A DNA stretch of 64,000 nt from Polaromonas sp. YR568 (GTDB lineage Bacteria > Pseudomonadota > Gammaproteobacteria > Burkholderiales > Burkholderiaceae_C): NCBI GenBank assembly GCA_945878995.1, contig CAMCUN010000004.1:682-64681 (forward strand), read 5' to 3'. A model generated the notes under the pieces. The model did no database searches and had not been told where the DNA came from. It saw only the letters and a list, made by a program, of their open reading frames with translations. Within the stretch, counting starts at the first letter, position 1. Each line of letters begins with the position of its first letter. Made by a program: the position numbers and the translations under genes. Of the stretch, positions 1 to 8,364 are shown piece by piece.

Positions 1-949
1 TGCAAAAATTCTTTTGCTCGCCGGGCTTCACGTACAACACCTCGGTCAGGCACAAGCCCGCGTTGCCCACCAAGGACCGGCCCGGCTCAATCATGAGCTT
101 TTTGCCGCCGTGGCCGCGCGCATCAATCTTGGCCAGCAGCTGCGCCCACAGCGCATCGGCCGCGGGCGGCGTGTCGCCCTGGTAGTCAATGCCCAGACCG
201 CCACCAAAGTCGATGTGCTGCAAAGCGATGCCGGCGGCCTCAATCGCGTCCACCAGGTCCAGCACCCGGTCCATGGCGTCCAGGTAGGGCGTGAGTTGCG
301 TGATCTGCGAGCCAATGTGGCAATCAATGCCCACCACCTTCAGACCGTGCAAACTGGCGGCCAGCTGGTACACACGCAGCGTCTCTTCATGGGCCACGCC
401 AAACTTGTTGTCTTTGAGACCCGTGGAAATGTAAGGGTGAGTCTTGGGGTCTACGTTTGGATTGACGCGGATGCTCACCTTGGCCGACACCCCCAACTCT
501 TGCGCCACCCGAGACAGCACATGCAGCTCAGCCTCGCTCTCCACATTGAAGCAGCCAATGCCCACCTCCAGCGCACGGCGCATCTCGCGCGGGGTCTTAC
601 CCACGCCCGAAAAAATCACTTTGGCCGCGGTGCCGCCTGCGGCCAGCACGCGATCGAGCTCGCCGCCCGAGACGATGTCAAAGCCACACCCTGCTTGGGC
701 AAACACCTGCAGCACGCCCAGCGAGGAGTTGGCCTTCATGGCGTAGCAAATCTGTGCATCGCGGCCTGCAAAGCCCCGCTGGTAGGCCGCCAGTGCCGCC
801 AGCATGGCGGCCTTGGAGTACACAAAAAGCGGCGTGCCGTGTTCGGCGGCCAGACCCGCAAGCGAGACCTCCTCGGCGAACAGGTCTTGGCCGCGCAGGT
901 GCACAAAAGGATGGCCGGGCAGCACGCCGGTCTCAGCAGGTGAACTCAT
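1..949 (-). CDS. lysA: Diaminopimelate decarboxylase (N-terminal ~316 aa; C-terminus lies beyond the left edge)
   Basis: Minus-strand frame is open from the ATG at 949 to position 1. It is absent from the ORF track because no stop falls in the window. My translation begins MSSPAETGVLPGHPFVHLRGQDLFAEEVSLAGLAAEHGTPLFVYS and contains YAMKANS (PLP lysine) and CHIGSQ motifs typical of LysA. The lipoprotein-lysA arrangement is conserved. Confidence 0.9.
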   Translation of the reverse strand, partial: MSSPAETGVLPGHPFVHLRGQDLFAEEVSLAGLAAEHGTPLFVYSKAAMLAALAAYQRGFAGRDAQICYAMKANSSLGVLQVFAQAGCGFDIVSGGELDRVLAAGGTAAKVIFSGVGKTPREMRRALEVGIGCFNVESEAELHVLSRVAQELGVSAKVSIRVNPNVDPKTHPYISTGLKDNKFGVAHEETLRVYQLAASLHGLKVVGIDCHIGSQITQLTPYLDAMDRVLDLVDAIEAAGIALQHIDFGGGLGIDYQGDTPPAADALWAQLLAKIDARGHGGKKLMIEPGRSLVGNAGLCLTEVLYVKPGEQKNFC

Positions 950-973
950 GATGGGTGCTAAGGTTGGAAGGCC

Positions 974-1165
974 TCACCGGGCAGGGCCGGGGGCGCTTGT
1001 CGCAGGCGTTGGACGGGCAGAGGGGGACGGTTGGGCGGCAGCGGGCACGGGCTCGGGCAACACCAGGGCGCCTTTTTGACCACAGGCGGCCAGCAGCATC
1101 AGTGCCAGGGCTGCGCCCACCGGGCGTGAAGACCTTAAAATTGAAGCCACTTTGAATGCCAACAT
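974..1165 (-). CDS. lptM: Small lipoprotein, LptM/YifL/LppL-like
   Basis: Internal start of the 974..1534 ORF gives [39 protein letters not shown]. It has a signal peptide, an LLAAC lipobox and the CGQKG-x-L-x-LP motif typical of the small lipoprotein upstream of lysA/dapF, followed by a Pro/Ala-rich tail. The start is uncertain because it abuts the cyaY ORF start. Confidence 0.6.
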   Translation of the reverse strand: MLAFKVASILRSSRPVGAALALMLLAACGQKGALVLPEPVPAAAQPSPSARPTPATSAPGPAR

Positions 1166-1180
1166 ATGGACAAGATTGTA

Positions 1181-1510
1181 ATGACCGACCTGGAGTACCT
1201 GGACTGTGCAGAAGCGCTGCTCAAGGCGGTGGAAACCTGCTGTGATCACATCAACGACCACAGCGATGCCGATGTGGATAACCAGCGCACGGGCGCCATG
1301 GTCACGCTGAGTTTTGCCAACCGCAGCCAGATCATCATCAACTTGCAAAAACCCCTGCAAGAGGTTTGGATGGCCGCGCAAGCCGGTGGCTTTCACTACA
1401 AACGCCAAGACGGCCGCTGGCTGGACACCAAAGACGGCAGCGAGTTTTTTGCGGTGCTCAGCACTTGCGCCACACAGCAAGCGGGGCAGTCGCTTCAATT
1501 CAGGGCCTGA
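1181..1510 (+). CDS. cyaY: Iron-sulfur cluster assembly protein CyaY (frataxin homologue)
   Basis: [14 protein letters not shown]...[33 protein letters not shown]...[11 protein letters not shown] aligns along its full length with E. coli CyaY. An alternative upstream ATG lies at 1166. Confidence 0.9.
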   Translation: MTDLEYLDCAEALLKAVETCCDHINDHSDADVDNQRTGAMVTLSFANRSQIIINLQKPLQEVWMAAQAGGFHYKRQDGRWLDTKDGSEFFAVLSTCATQQAGQSLQFRA

Positions 1511-1554
1511 GCCGCTGTGGCTGCCTGCCCCCAAGCCTGCCCCATGCTTGCCCC

Positions 1555-3930
1555 TTAATTGCGAAACAGCTCCAAAATGCGCCGCCGCTCTTCGCTGGGC
1601 GGCAGCACCTGCACGGGCGGAGCGGCGCCTGACGCTTCACCTTTGCCGTCCAGGCCCAGGCTGCTCACGCCAGAGCCGCGCGCATATTCTTCGTAGTACC
1701 ACTCGCCGCCCAGGTTGACCACGCCTGCCGGCACGGGTGGTTCGCTGACGGGCACGCCCTTGAGCGCGTATTCCATGAAGTTGATCCACACCGGCAAGCT
1801 CAAGCCTCCGCCGGTTTCCCGGTCGCCCAGCTTGCGCGGCTTGTCATAGCCCATCCAGACGCCTGCCGCCAGGGTGGGCTGGTAGCCCACAAACCAGGTG
1901 TCAATCGAGTCGTTGGTGGTGCCGGTTTTGCCGTACAGGTCTGGCCGCTTGAGCTGGGCCTGGGCGCGGGCGGCGGTGCCTGAGCGGGTGATTTCCTGCA
2001 GCAGGCTGGACATCACAAAGGCGTTGCGGCCATCGATGCTGCGGTCCGACTCGTTGGGCGCCTGCGGCGGCGTTTCCACCAGCACCTTGCCTGCTTGGTC
2101 GGTGATTTTGGTGATGAGGTAAGGGTTGACGCGCAGCCCGCCGTTGGCAAACACCGAGTAGCCGGTGACCATTTGCATGGGTGTCACCGAGCCCGCCCCC
2201 AGCGCCATGGTCAGGTAAGGCGGGTGCTTGTCTGCGTCAAAACCAAAGCGTGTGATCCAGTCTTGTGCGTTTTGCGCCCCCACGGCCTGCAGCACGCGGA
2301 TAGAGACCATGTTTTTCGATTTTTTCAGCGCCGTGCGCAAGCTCATGGGGCCGTCGAACTGGCCGTCGTAGTTTTTGGGCTCCCAGGGCTGGCCGCCAGT
2401 CACGCCTGCGTCAAAAAACAGTGGGGCGTCGTTGACCACGGTGGCCGGCGTCAGGCCTTTTTCGAGCGCCGCCGAGTAAATAAAGGGCTTGAAGCTTGAG
2501 CCCGGCTGGCGCCAGGCCTGGGTGACGTGGTTGAACTTGTTCTTGCCAAAGTCAAAGCCGCCCACCAAGGCCCGAATGGCGCCGTCGCGCGGGTCTATGG
2601 CTACAAATGCGCCCTCGACCTCGGGCAGCTGGGTGATTTCCCATTTGTCGGCGGTCTTCATCACCCGGATGACCGCGCCGCGTCGAATGGCGATCTGGGG
2701 CGGGGCCTTGTCCGACAGGCCAGACTGGGCAGGCTTGAGGCCCTCGCCCGTGATCTCCACCGTCTCGCCGTTGGCACGCTCGGCCACCACTTTTTTGGCG
2801 CTGGCTTGCAGCACCACGGCCGACATCACGTCACCGTTGTCAGGGTGGTCGGCCAGGGCGTCGTCAATCGCGTCTTCGGCCTCTTTGGGGTCAGCCGGCA
2901 GGGTCACAAATTTTTCGGGTCCCCGGTAAATTTGGCGGCGCTCATAGTCCATGATGCCTCGGCGCAGGGCTTTGTAGGCCGCCATCTGCTCGCCCGAGTT
3001 GGCCGTGGTGTAAACATTCAAACCCCGTGTGTAGGTCTCAGTCCCGTACTGGTTGAAGATCAGCTGGCGCGCCATCTCGGCCACAAACTCGGCGTGAATG
3101 CGGTCCGGGTCGGCGGCGGTGCGTATGCGCAGAATCTGGCCTTTGGCCGCCAGGGCCTGGGGCGAACTGATGAAGCCGTTGTCTTCCATGCGCTCAATGA
3201 TGTAGAGCTGCCTCGCTCGGGCCCGCTTGGGGTTGGCAATCGGGTTGAAAGCCGAGGGTGCTTTGGGCAGGCCCGCCAGCATGGCCGCCTCGGCCACCGT
3301 GATGTCCTTGAGGGGTTTACCAAAATAGGTTTCCGAGGCCGCAGCAAACCCGTAAGCCCGGTTACCCAAGAAAATCTGGTTCATGTAAATCTCCAAGATT
3401 TGGTCCTTGGAGAGTGTGTGCTCGAGCTTGAAGGTCAGCAAAATCTCGTAAATCTTGCGGGTATAGCTTTTCTCGGTCGAGAGGTAGACATTGCGTGCCA
3501 CCTGCATGGTGATGGTCGAGGCACCCTGGCTTTTGAAGGAGCGCACATTGGCCAAGCCAGCTCGGATCACGCCCAGGTAATCGACGCCGCTGTGTTGGTA
3601 AAAGCGGGCGTCCTCAATGGCCAGCACCGCGTCTTTCATGACCTGCGGGATGTCTTTGATGGGTGTGAAGCTTCGGCGCTCCTCGCCGAATTCACCGAGC
3701 AACACTTTGTCGGCCGAGTAAATGCGCAGAGGCAATTTGGGCCGGTATTCCAGCAGCTCTGAGACATCGGGCAAATTGGGGTGGGCCATGGCCAAGGCCA
3801 TGGCCACCAGCAGCAGCAGACCGGCCAAGCCCACGGTCATTAGGCCAGCCGCCCACAAGCCCAGGCGCATCGCCTTGTGTGCCAAAGTTGAAGAGGGAAC
3901 AGCGCGGTCAGGTGGTGTGGAGGAAGGCAT
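1555..3930 (-). CDS. mrcA: Penicillin-binding protein 1A (bifunctional glycosyltransferase/transpeptidase)
   Basis: 791 aa. It has an N-terminal TM segment, the GT51 motifs EDARFYQHSGVD and RKIYE, and transpeptidase SSFKP and KTGTTN motifs. It is divergent from the pilM-like cluster, as in many proteobacteria. Confidence 0.95.
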   Translation of the reverse strand: MPSSTPPDRAVPSSTLAHKAMRLGLWAAGLMTVGLAGLLLLVAMALAMAHPNLPDVSELLEYRPKLPLRIYSADKVLLGEFGEERRSFTPIKDIPQVMKDAVLAIEDARFYQHSGVDYLGVIRAGLANVRSFKSQGASTITMQVARNVYLSTEKSYTRKIYEILLTFKLEHTLSKDQILEIYMNQIFLGNRAYGFAAASETYFGKPLKDITVAEAAMLAGLPKAPSAFNPIANPKRARARQLYIIERMEDNGFISSPQALAAKGQILRIRTAADPDRIHAEFVAEMARQLIFNQYGTETYTRGLNVYTTANSGEQMAAYKALRRGIMDYERRQIYRGPEKFVTLPADPKEAEDAIDDALADHPDNGDVMSAVVLQASAKKVVAERANGETVEITGEGLKPAQSGLSDKAPPQIAIRRGAVIRVMKTADKWEITQLPEVEGAFVAIDPRDGAIRALVGGFDFGKNKFNHVTQAWRQPGSSFKPFIYSAALEKGLTPATVVNDAPLFFDAGVTGGQPWEPKNYDGQFDGPMSLRTALKKSKNMVSIRVLQAVGAQNAQDWITRFGFDADKHPPYLTMALGAGSVTPMQMVTGYSVFANGGLRVNPYLITKITDQAGKVLVETPPQAPNESDRSIDGRNAFVMSSLLQEITRSGTAARAQAQLKRPDLYGKTGTTNDSIDTWFVGYQPTLAAGVWMGYDKPRKLGDRETGGGLSLPVWINFMEYALKGVPVSEPPVPAGVVNLGGEWYYEEYARGSGVSSLGLDGKGEASGAAPPVQVLPPSEERRRILELFRN

Positions 3931-4134
3931 GCGGGGGCCGGAGTGGATCAGGTATTATAAAAATCCGACGCGCATGGTTGAAAGGGATTGAAAGCACGGC
4001 GCTGCAGCAAGGGCGGCCCAAACGCATGGCCAAGGCTGGTTTTTACATGAAATAACGCAGCAAGCTGGGCGGCTGGCTAGCCTAGCCAGTCTGCGCAGCC
4101 CAGGCGGGCTTGCCCGTCAGGAGTTCAGCAGTTT

Positions 4135-5082
4135 ATGCCCCCATGGTCTTTGCGATGGCCTGCGCGCTCAGGTGATTCCTTGCTTGGCATTGACTTTGGG
4201 GTCAGCCAAGCTTTGTTGTTGGCCTGCTCGCGCGGCCCCAAAACTGGCCGCATTGAGTATTGTGCAGTGGCTCCCCTGCCTGCTGAGGGTCTGCAAGACG
4301 GCCGCATTGTGCAATTCGAATCGATGGCCGGGACCTTGCAGCAGTTGGTGGCCTCAGCGGGCGGAGGTCGCCGCATCGCGCTGGCCTTGCCGGAGGCCGT
4401 TTGGCAACAGGTGCTGGAGCTGCCTTCCGGCTTTCAGCCCTGGGCTTGGCGCCGCTGGTTGGCCGCACAGGCCGAACAACTGGCCCAGAGCCCGGCCGAC
4501 ACGCTGGTGTGGTGCACCGAGCCTGTGTTCGGATCCCGATCCAAGCTTCGGATGTCTGTGCGCGCTTTGGAAGAGGTGCAAGACTGGCAAGGCCTGGCCG
4601 AGGCCGCTGGGCTGGAGTTGGTGCTGTTGGACGAGCGCCCCCGTGTGATTCACCTGGCCCTGCGCGCCTTGGGCCTTGGGCCTGCGACCAGCGGGATGTG
4701 GGTGTTGGCTGAAGCCGAGGACGAGCGCTGCACCCTCCACCAGTGGGCACCCGGGCGCATGCATGTGCAGCGCAGCTGGCTCGGTGGCATGGCCGAGGTG
4801 GCTGACTTGCTTACCCCTGGCGATGTGGACCCCATCTACACGGTGCCTGGAGCCGACCCAAAGAGCCCCCACACCGAGGGCTGGCCCGCTGGAGGCTGGG
4901 TGACAGGCACGCCCGAGGCTTGCCAGTTTTGGGCACCCAGGCTGACCCGCGCGTTGGGCGGCGCGTGGCCGACTCTTAACCCTTGGGCCAGTCTGTTGTG
5001 GCGGCCTGGCTTGTTGCCTGCCCGCGAGATGGGCAGCCCCTTGGTGGCCCTGGGCCTTAGCCTGAGGGCTTGGTGGTCATGA
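4135..5082 (+). CDS. pilM: PilM/HofM-like pilus/competence assembly protein (diverged, short)
   Basis: 315 aa. The N-terminal LLGIDFG...ALALPEAVWQQVLELP...LELVLLDERPRVIHLAL follows the PilM pattern (LGIDIG ... AVALP ... VDVE) only loosely. Its position as first gene between mrcA and aroK supports the call. High GC3. Confidence 0.55.
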   Translation: MPPWSLRWPARSGDSLLGIDFGVSQALLLACSRGPKTGRIEYCAVAPLPAEGLQDGRIVQFESMAGTLQQLVASAGGGRRIALALPEAVWQQVLELPSGFQPWAWRRWLAAQAEQLAQSPADTLVWCTEPVFGSRSKLRMSVRALEEVQDWQGLAEAAGLELVLLDERPRVIHLALRALGLGPATSGMWVLAEAEDERCTLHQWAPGRMHVQRSWLGGMAEVADLLTPGDVDPIYTVPGADPKSPHTEGWPAGGWVTGTPEACQFWAPRLTRALGGAWPTLNPWASLLWRPGLLPAREMGSPLVALGLSLRAWWS

Positions 5083-5648
5083 GCGCCCGGCCACTCAGTG
5101 GTTTCAATTACCTGGGCCAGCTGCCTGCTGCCGCGCCCACCTCGCCAGTGCGCGGCACGGCTTTGGGAGCCCTCTTGGGTCTGCTGGGCGCCTGGGCATG
5201 GATGGCCGCAGAGCGTGAGGCGGTGGAGGGCCAGCGCGCAGACCAGCGGGCGCTGCAAAATCACATCAAGGCCGCTGAAGTCGCCCTGACCCAGGCTGAC
5301 GAGCAAGCGCGATTGGCCCGAGTCAGGCGGGAGGAAGTCGCTCGCCAGTTTTCTTGGCAAGCCAGCCGCCTGCAGGTGCTGGACAGCCTGGAGGCGCTGG
5401 CCTTTTCTTCTTCTTTTGCGGCAGCCCGCCTGGCCTGGATGCGCCACGAGGGCGTGGCTTTGAGTGTGCAAGGTCAGGTGCCTGCCGCACAGATGGAGCT
5501 CTGGGCCCAGGCCATCTCAATGCGGCTGCCAGGCTGGGGTGCGGCCGAGTTGGTGGAGCTCGAGACCCCGACGCAGCCCGTCTCGGCCGGGGTGCCCGTT
5601 CGCTTTGTGCTGCGTTGGAGCACCCCTGCCCTGCAGGTGGCGCCATGA
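5079..5648 (+). CDS. pilN: PilN/HofN-like protein
   Basis: ATGA overlap with the pilM-like stop. It has an N-terminal FNYLGQLP motif (compare INLLP), one TM segment (ALGALLGLLGAWAW), a coiled coil and a C-terminal domain. It occupies the second position in the cluster. Confidence 0.5.
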   Translation: MSARPLSGFNYLGQLPAAAPTSPVRGTALGALLGLLGAWAWMAAEREAVEGQRADQRALQNHIKAAEVALTQADEQARLARVRREEVARQFSWQASRLQVLDSLEALAFSSSFAAARLAWMRHEGVALSVQGQVPAAQMELWAQAISMRLPGWGAAELVELETPTQPVSAGVPVRFVLRWSTPALQVAP

Positions 5649-6688
5649 GTGGGCTCGCGTCTGTGGCCCCTGGCATGGGTCTGGAAAGCAGGGCTGTGGT
5701 GGCGCCTGTGGCTGGTGCAGATGGTGTGCCTGGTGTGAGTGTGCTGCAAGCGGTGCGCCTGGCTGTCCTGCACCAACTCTGTGCCCGCCCGGTGGTGGCT
5801 TGGCGCCCAGCCTTGGCGCCGCTGCTGGCAGCCCTGCTCAGCGCGAGCTTGTTGCTGGTGTGGCAATTCAGCACGGTGCGTGAAGAAGCCCAGGCCGAAC
5901 AAGCGAAGCTGCAAAAGTTTCAAAGCCAACTGGACGATCTGCGTCTGCGCTTGGCGCAACACACGCGGGCACAGCATGCCCAACCAGCTGATGAGTTTCA
6001 TCCCGCGTCCGCCTCCCTGTCTGGCGCTATCGCAGACGTGGGGCCTTGGCACTGGAGACGGCTGGCCTTGGTTGCCGGCTTGACCGTGGACCTGCTCAAG
6101 CCGCTGGAGGTCGGTGGCGCACGGACGCCCCGCCAGTGGCAGCTGCGTGTGCGTGGGCACTACCACCAGCACGGGGCCTTTGTGGCGGCCTTGGGCGAGC
6201 CCACGCAAGCCGTGCGTGTGATGCGCTACCAGCTGCAGTCCGGGCCGGAGGGGGCGCACCTGGCCGACTTGCATTTGGAGCTTCCGGCCGGGCCCATACA
6301 GGCGTTGCCACGAGGGGCACCCTCAGGGCGCAGCTACCATGCGGCCGCTGGTGCCGACCCGCTGGGCGAGCCGCCACCTGCCGACCCTTGGGCCGGTGTG
6401 CCTGCGCATTGGCGTGCCGAGTTGACTCGGCCCAAGCTCATGCTGGAGGCCTCGCCTTTGTCGGTCTATGCCTTGACCGGCACGCTGGAGCGCGGTGGCG
6501 AGTGGCTGGCCTTGCTGCAGGGCGAGCGCATGCTGCACACGGTGCGCGTGGGCGACCCCCTGGGGCCGGACGCAGGCCGGGTGCTGCGCATCGCCGAGCA
6601 AGGCCTGTGGCTGCGCGAGATTGTTCGCGACAGCCAGGGCCGTTGGAGCGAACAGGAGCGCCTGTGGCGCGTGGGGGAAAAGCCATGA
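5645..6688 (+). CDS. PilO-like / PilP-like fusion protein
   Basis: ATGA overlap with the pilN-like stop. The N-terminal half has a TM segment, a coiled coil (EEAQAEQAKLQKFQSQLDDLRLRL) and the PilO-like VRGHYHQHGAFVAAL. The C-terminal ~110 aa (LSVYALTGTLERGGEWLALLQGERMLHTVRVGDPLGPDAGRVLRIAEQGLWLREIVRDSQGRWSEQERLW) matches the PilP beta-sandwich pattern. No stop and no internal lipobox separate the two halves. Confidence 0.5.
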   Translation: MSGLASVAPGMGLESRAVVAPVAGADGVPGVSVLQAVRLAVLHQLCARPVVAWRPALAPLLAALLSASLLLVWQFSTVREEAQAEQAKLQKFQSQLDDLRLRLAQHTRAQHAQPADEFHPASASLSGAIADVGPWHWRRLALVAGLTVDLLKPLEVGGARTPRQWQLRVRGHYHQHGAFVAALGEPTQAVRVMRYQLQSGPEGAHLADLHLELPAGPIQALPRGAPSGRSYHAAAGADPLGEPPPADPWAGVPAHWRAELTRPKLMLEASPLSVYALTGTLERGGEWLALLQGERMLHTVRVGDPLGPDAGRVLRIAEQGLWLREIVRDSQGRWSEQERLWRVGEKP

Positions 6689-8220
6689 GCGTTCTCGCCT
6701 GGGCTGGCTTGGCGCGCCAGGCGCTGGCCTGCTGGGGGCTGGCGGTGTCGCTCTGTGGGGCTGGGCGGGCTGGCGCCCAGCCTGTGGAAGGTGCTCCCGC
6801 GCAAACCATAGAACCATCCATGGCAATGACACCAACACCTGTACCTGCATCGGCATCGGCATCCGTGTCCACCACACCAGCGACAGAACCCCTGTCAGTG
6901 CGTGAGCCGCCTTCTTACAGTGGCTCATTGATTTCATTGAATTTTCAAAACGTCGAGGTCCGGGTCTTGTTGCAGGTGCTGGCCGAGCACAGCGGCTTCA
7001 ACATCGTGGCGTCTGACAGCATCAGTGGCAGCTTGAGCCTGCGCCTGCGCAACGTGCCCTGGGACCTGGCGCTGGACACCATCGTGCAAGCCCGTGGCTT
7101 GGCGCTCAGGCGCGAGGGCTCGGTCATTTGGGTGGCGGCCAAGGCCGAGCTGGCCGCGCGCGAGCGTCAGGAGCAAGAAGGTCGGCAGGCCTTGCAAGCC
7201 ACCGAAAGTGTGCGCACCCAGAGCTTTCGGCTGAACTACTCCCGCGCTGACGAGGTGGCCCGGCAGTTGCAGGCCGGCGTGGGCGCCGGCCGCTTGTTGT
7301 CGGCGCGCGGCAGTGTATTGGTGGAGGTGCGCACCAACCAGCTTTTTGTCACCGACGTTGCGCCCCGTTTGGCGCTGGTGCAAGCACTGGTGCGCCAAAT
7401 CGACATCCCGGTGCGGCAGGTCATGATTGAGGCGCGCATTGTGGAGGCGGCCGACAGCTTTGGCCGCTCGCTGGGGGTGCGCTTGGGCGGGCGCTCGTCT
7501 TTCAACCCCGCTCAGTCCGGCCATAGCCTGTCAGGCGGCCAACTGGGGGGCACGTTTTTCACGCCTCAGCCGCCCAACGCAGCCCCCCCTTTGCCTGGCA
7601 CTGATTTTGGAATTGCGGGTCTGAACATGGTGAATTTGCCCGCCGCCGGGCTCAATGGCGTGCCGGCCGCCAGCTTGGCCGTGGCGCTGTTCAATGCCTC
7701 GGCCTCACGCCTTTTGAACTTGGAGTTGTCGGCCCTGGAGGCCGACGGTCAGGGCCAGGTGGTGGCCAGCCCGCGCATTGTGACGGCCGACCAGGTCAAG
7801 GCCATCATTGAGCAGGGCACCGAGCTGCCTTACCAGCAGTCCACCTCCAGCGGCGCCACGGCCCTGACCTTTCGCAAGGCCAACCTCAAGCTGGAGGTCA
7901 CCCCGCAGATCACCCCCGAGGGCGGCATCATTCTCAATGTGGATGTCAACAAAGACAGCGTAGGCCGCAGCACCCCGAACGGGTTTGCCATTGACACCAA
8001 GCATGTACAAACCCAGGTGCTGGTAGACAACGGAGGCACCGTGATGATTGGCGGTATTTACGAAACCTTGGAGAGGGACGAAGAGTTCCGCGTGCCTGTG
8101 CTGGGCAGCTTGCCCGTGCTCGGCGCCTTGTTCCGCAGCCGAACCAAAAGCCTGAGCAAATCGGAGCTGCTGGTCTTCATCACGCCGCAGCTGCTGACCG
8201 ATCCACAGCCGTTGCGCTGA
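6685..8220 (+). CDS. pilQ: Type IV pilus/competence secretin PilQ/HofQ-like (511 aa, no AMIN domains)
   Basis: ATGA overlap with the preceding ORF. It has a signal peptide (MSVLAWAGLARQALACWGLAVSLCGAGRAGA), an N0/STN-like ISLNFQNVEVRVLLQVLAEHSGFNIV, and a secretin core with VMIEARIVEA, GGTVMIGGIYE and VPVLGSLPVLGALFR. The longer ORF starting at 6046 overlaps the upstream gene. Confidence 0.85.
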   Translation: MSVLAWAGLARQALACWGLAVSLCGAGRAGAQPVEGAPAQTIEPSMAMTPTPVPASASASVSTTPATEPLSVREPPSYSGSLISLNFQNVEVRVLLQVLAEHSGFNIVASDSISGSLSLRLRNVPWDLALDTIVQARGLALRREGSVIWVAAKAELAARERQEQEGRQALQATESVRTQSFRLNYSRADEVARQLQAGVGAGRLLSARGSVLVEVRTNQLFVTDVAPRLALVQALVRQIDIPVRQVMIEARIVEAADSFGRSLGVRLGGRSSFNPAQSGHSLSGGQLGGTFFTPQPPNAAPPLPGTDFGIAGLNMVNLPAAGLNGVPAASLAVALFNASASRLLNLELSALEADGQGQVVASPRIVTADQVKAIIEQGTELPYQQSTSSGATALTFRKANLKLEVTPQITPEGGIILNVDVNKDSVGRSTPNGFAIDTKHVQTQVLVDNGGTVMIGGIYETLERDEEFRVPVLGSLPVLGALFRSRTKSLSKSELLVFITPQLLTDPQPLR

Positions 8221-8364
8221 TGCTTCAGTGCGTCGCTGTCTGAAAGCGGCTTCTCACAAGCCGGATGTTCGGGCCTTGGCCCTGCGCGCCGACCCCACGG
8301 CCCAGGGCGGGCGCAGTCCGAGGACGTTTATCATTGACCTCTGCCTTGAAACCCACGCTCCATC

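Noticed and set aside
14-943. 309-aa plus-strand ORF covering the left end of the window
   Set aside because: It is antisense to a clear lysA reading frame. Its product is Arg/Ala/His/Gln-rich low-complexity sequence typical of shadow ORFs in high-GC DNA.
2527-3762. 411-aa plus-strand ORF
   Set aside because: It lies entirely antisense to mrcA (PBP1A), shows no recognisable motifs and has shadow-ORF composition.
4315-4331. ttcgaatcgatggccgg resembles the tRNA-Thr T-arm/acceptor end (ttcgaatccgatagccgg), a possible att-site duplicate
   Set aside because: It lies inside the pilM-like coding frame 42 kb from the tRNA. The match is short and imperfect, and no mobile genes lie between the two. 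I judge it chance similarity.
5354-5644. N-terminal 97-codon extension of the PilO/P-like ORF (track start 5354), and the analogous 6046..6684 extension of the secretin ORF
   Set aside because: Both extensions overlap the well-supported upstream genes in another frame. ATGA-coupled internal starts at 5645 and 6685 give sensible N-termini: a TM segment and a signal peptide respectively.
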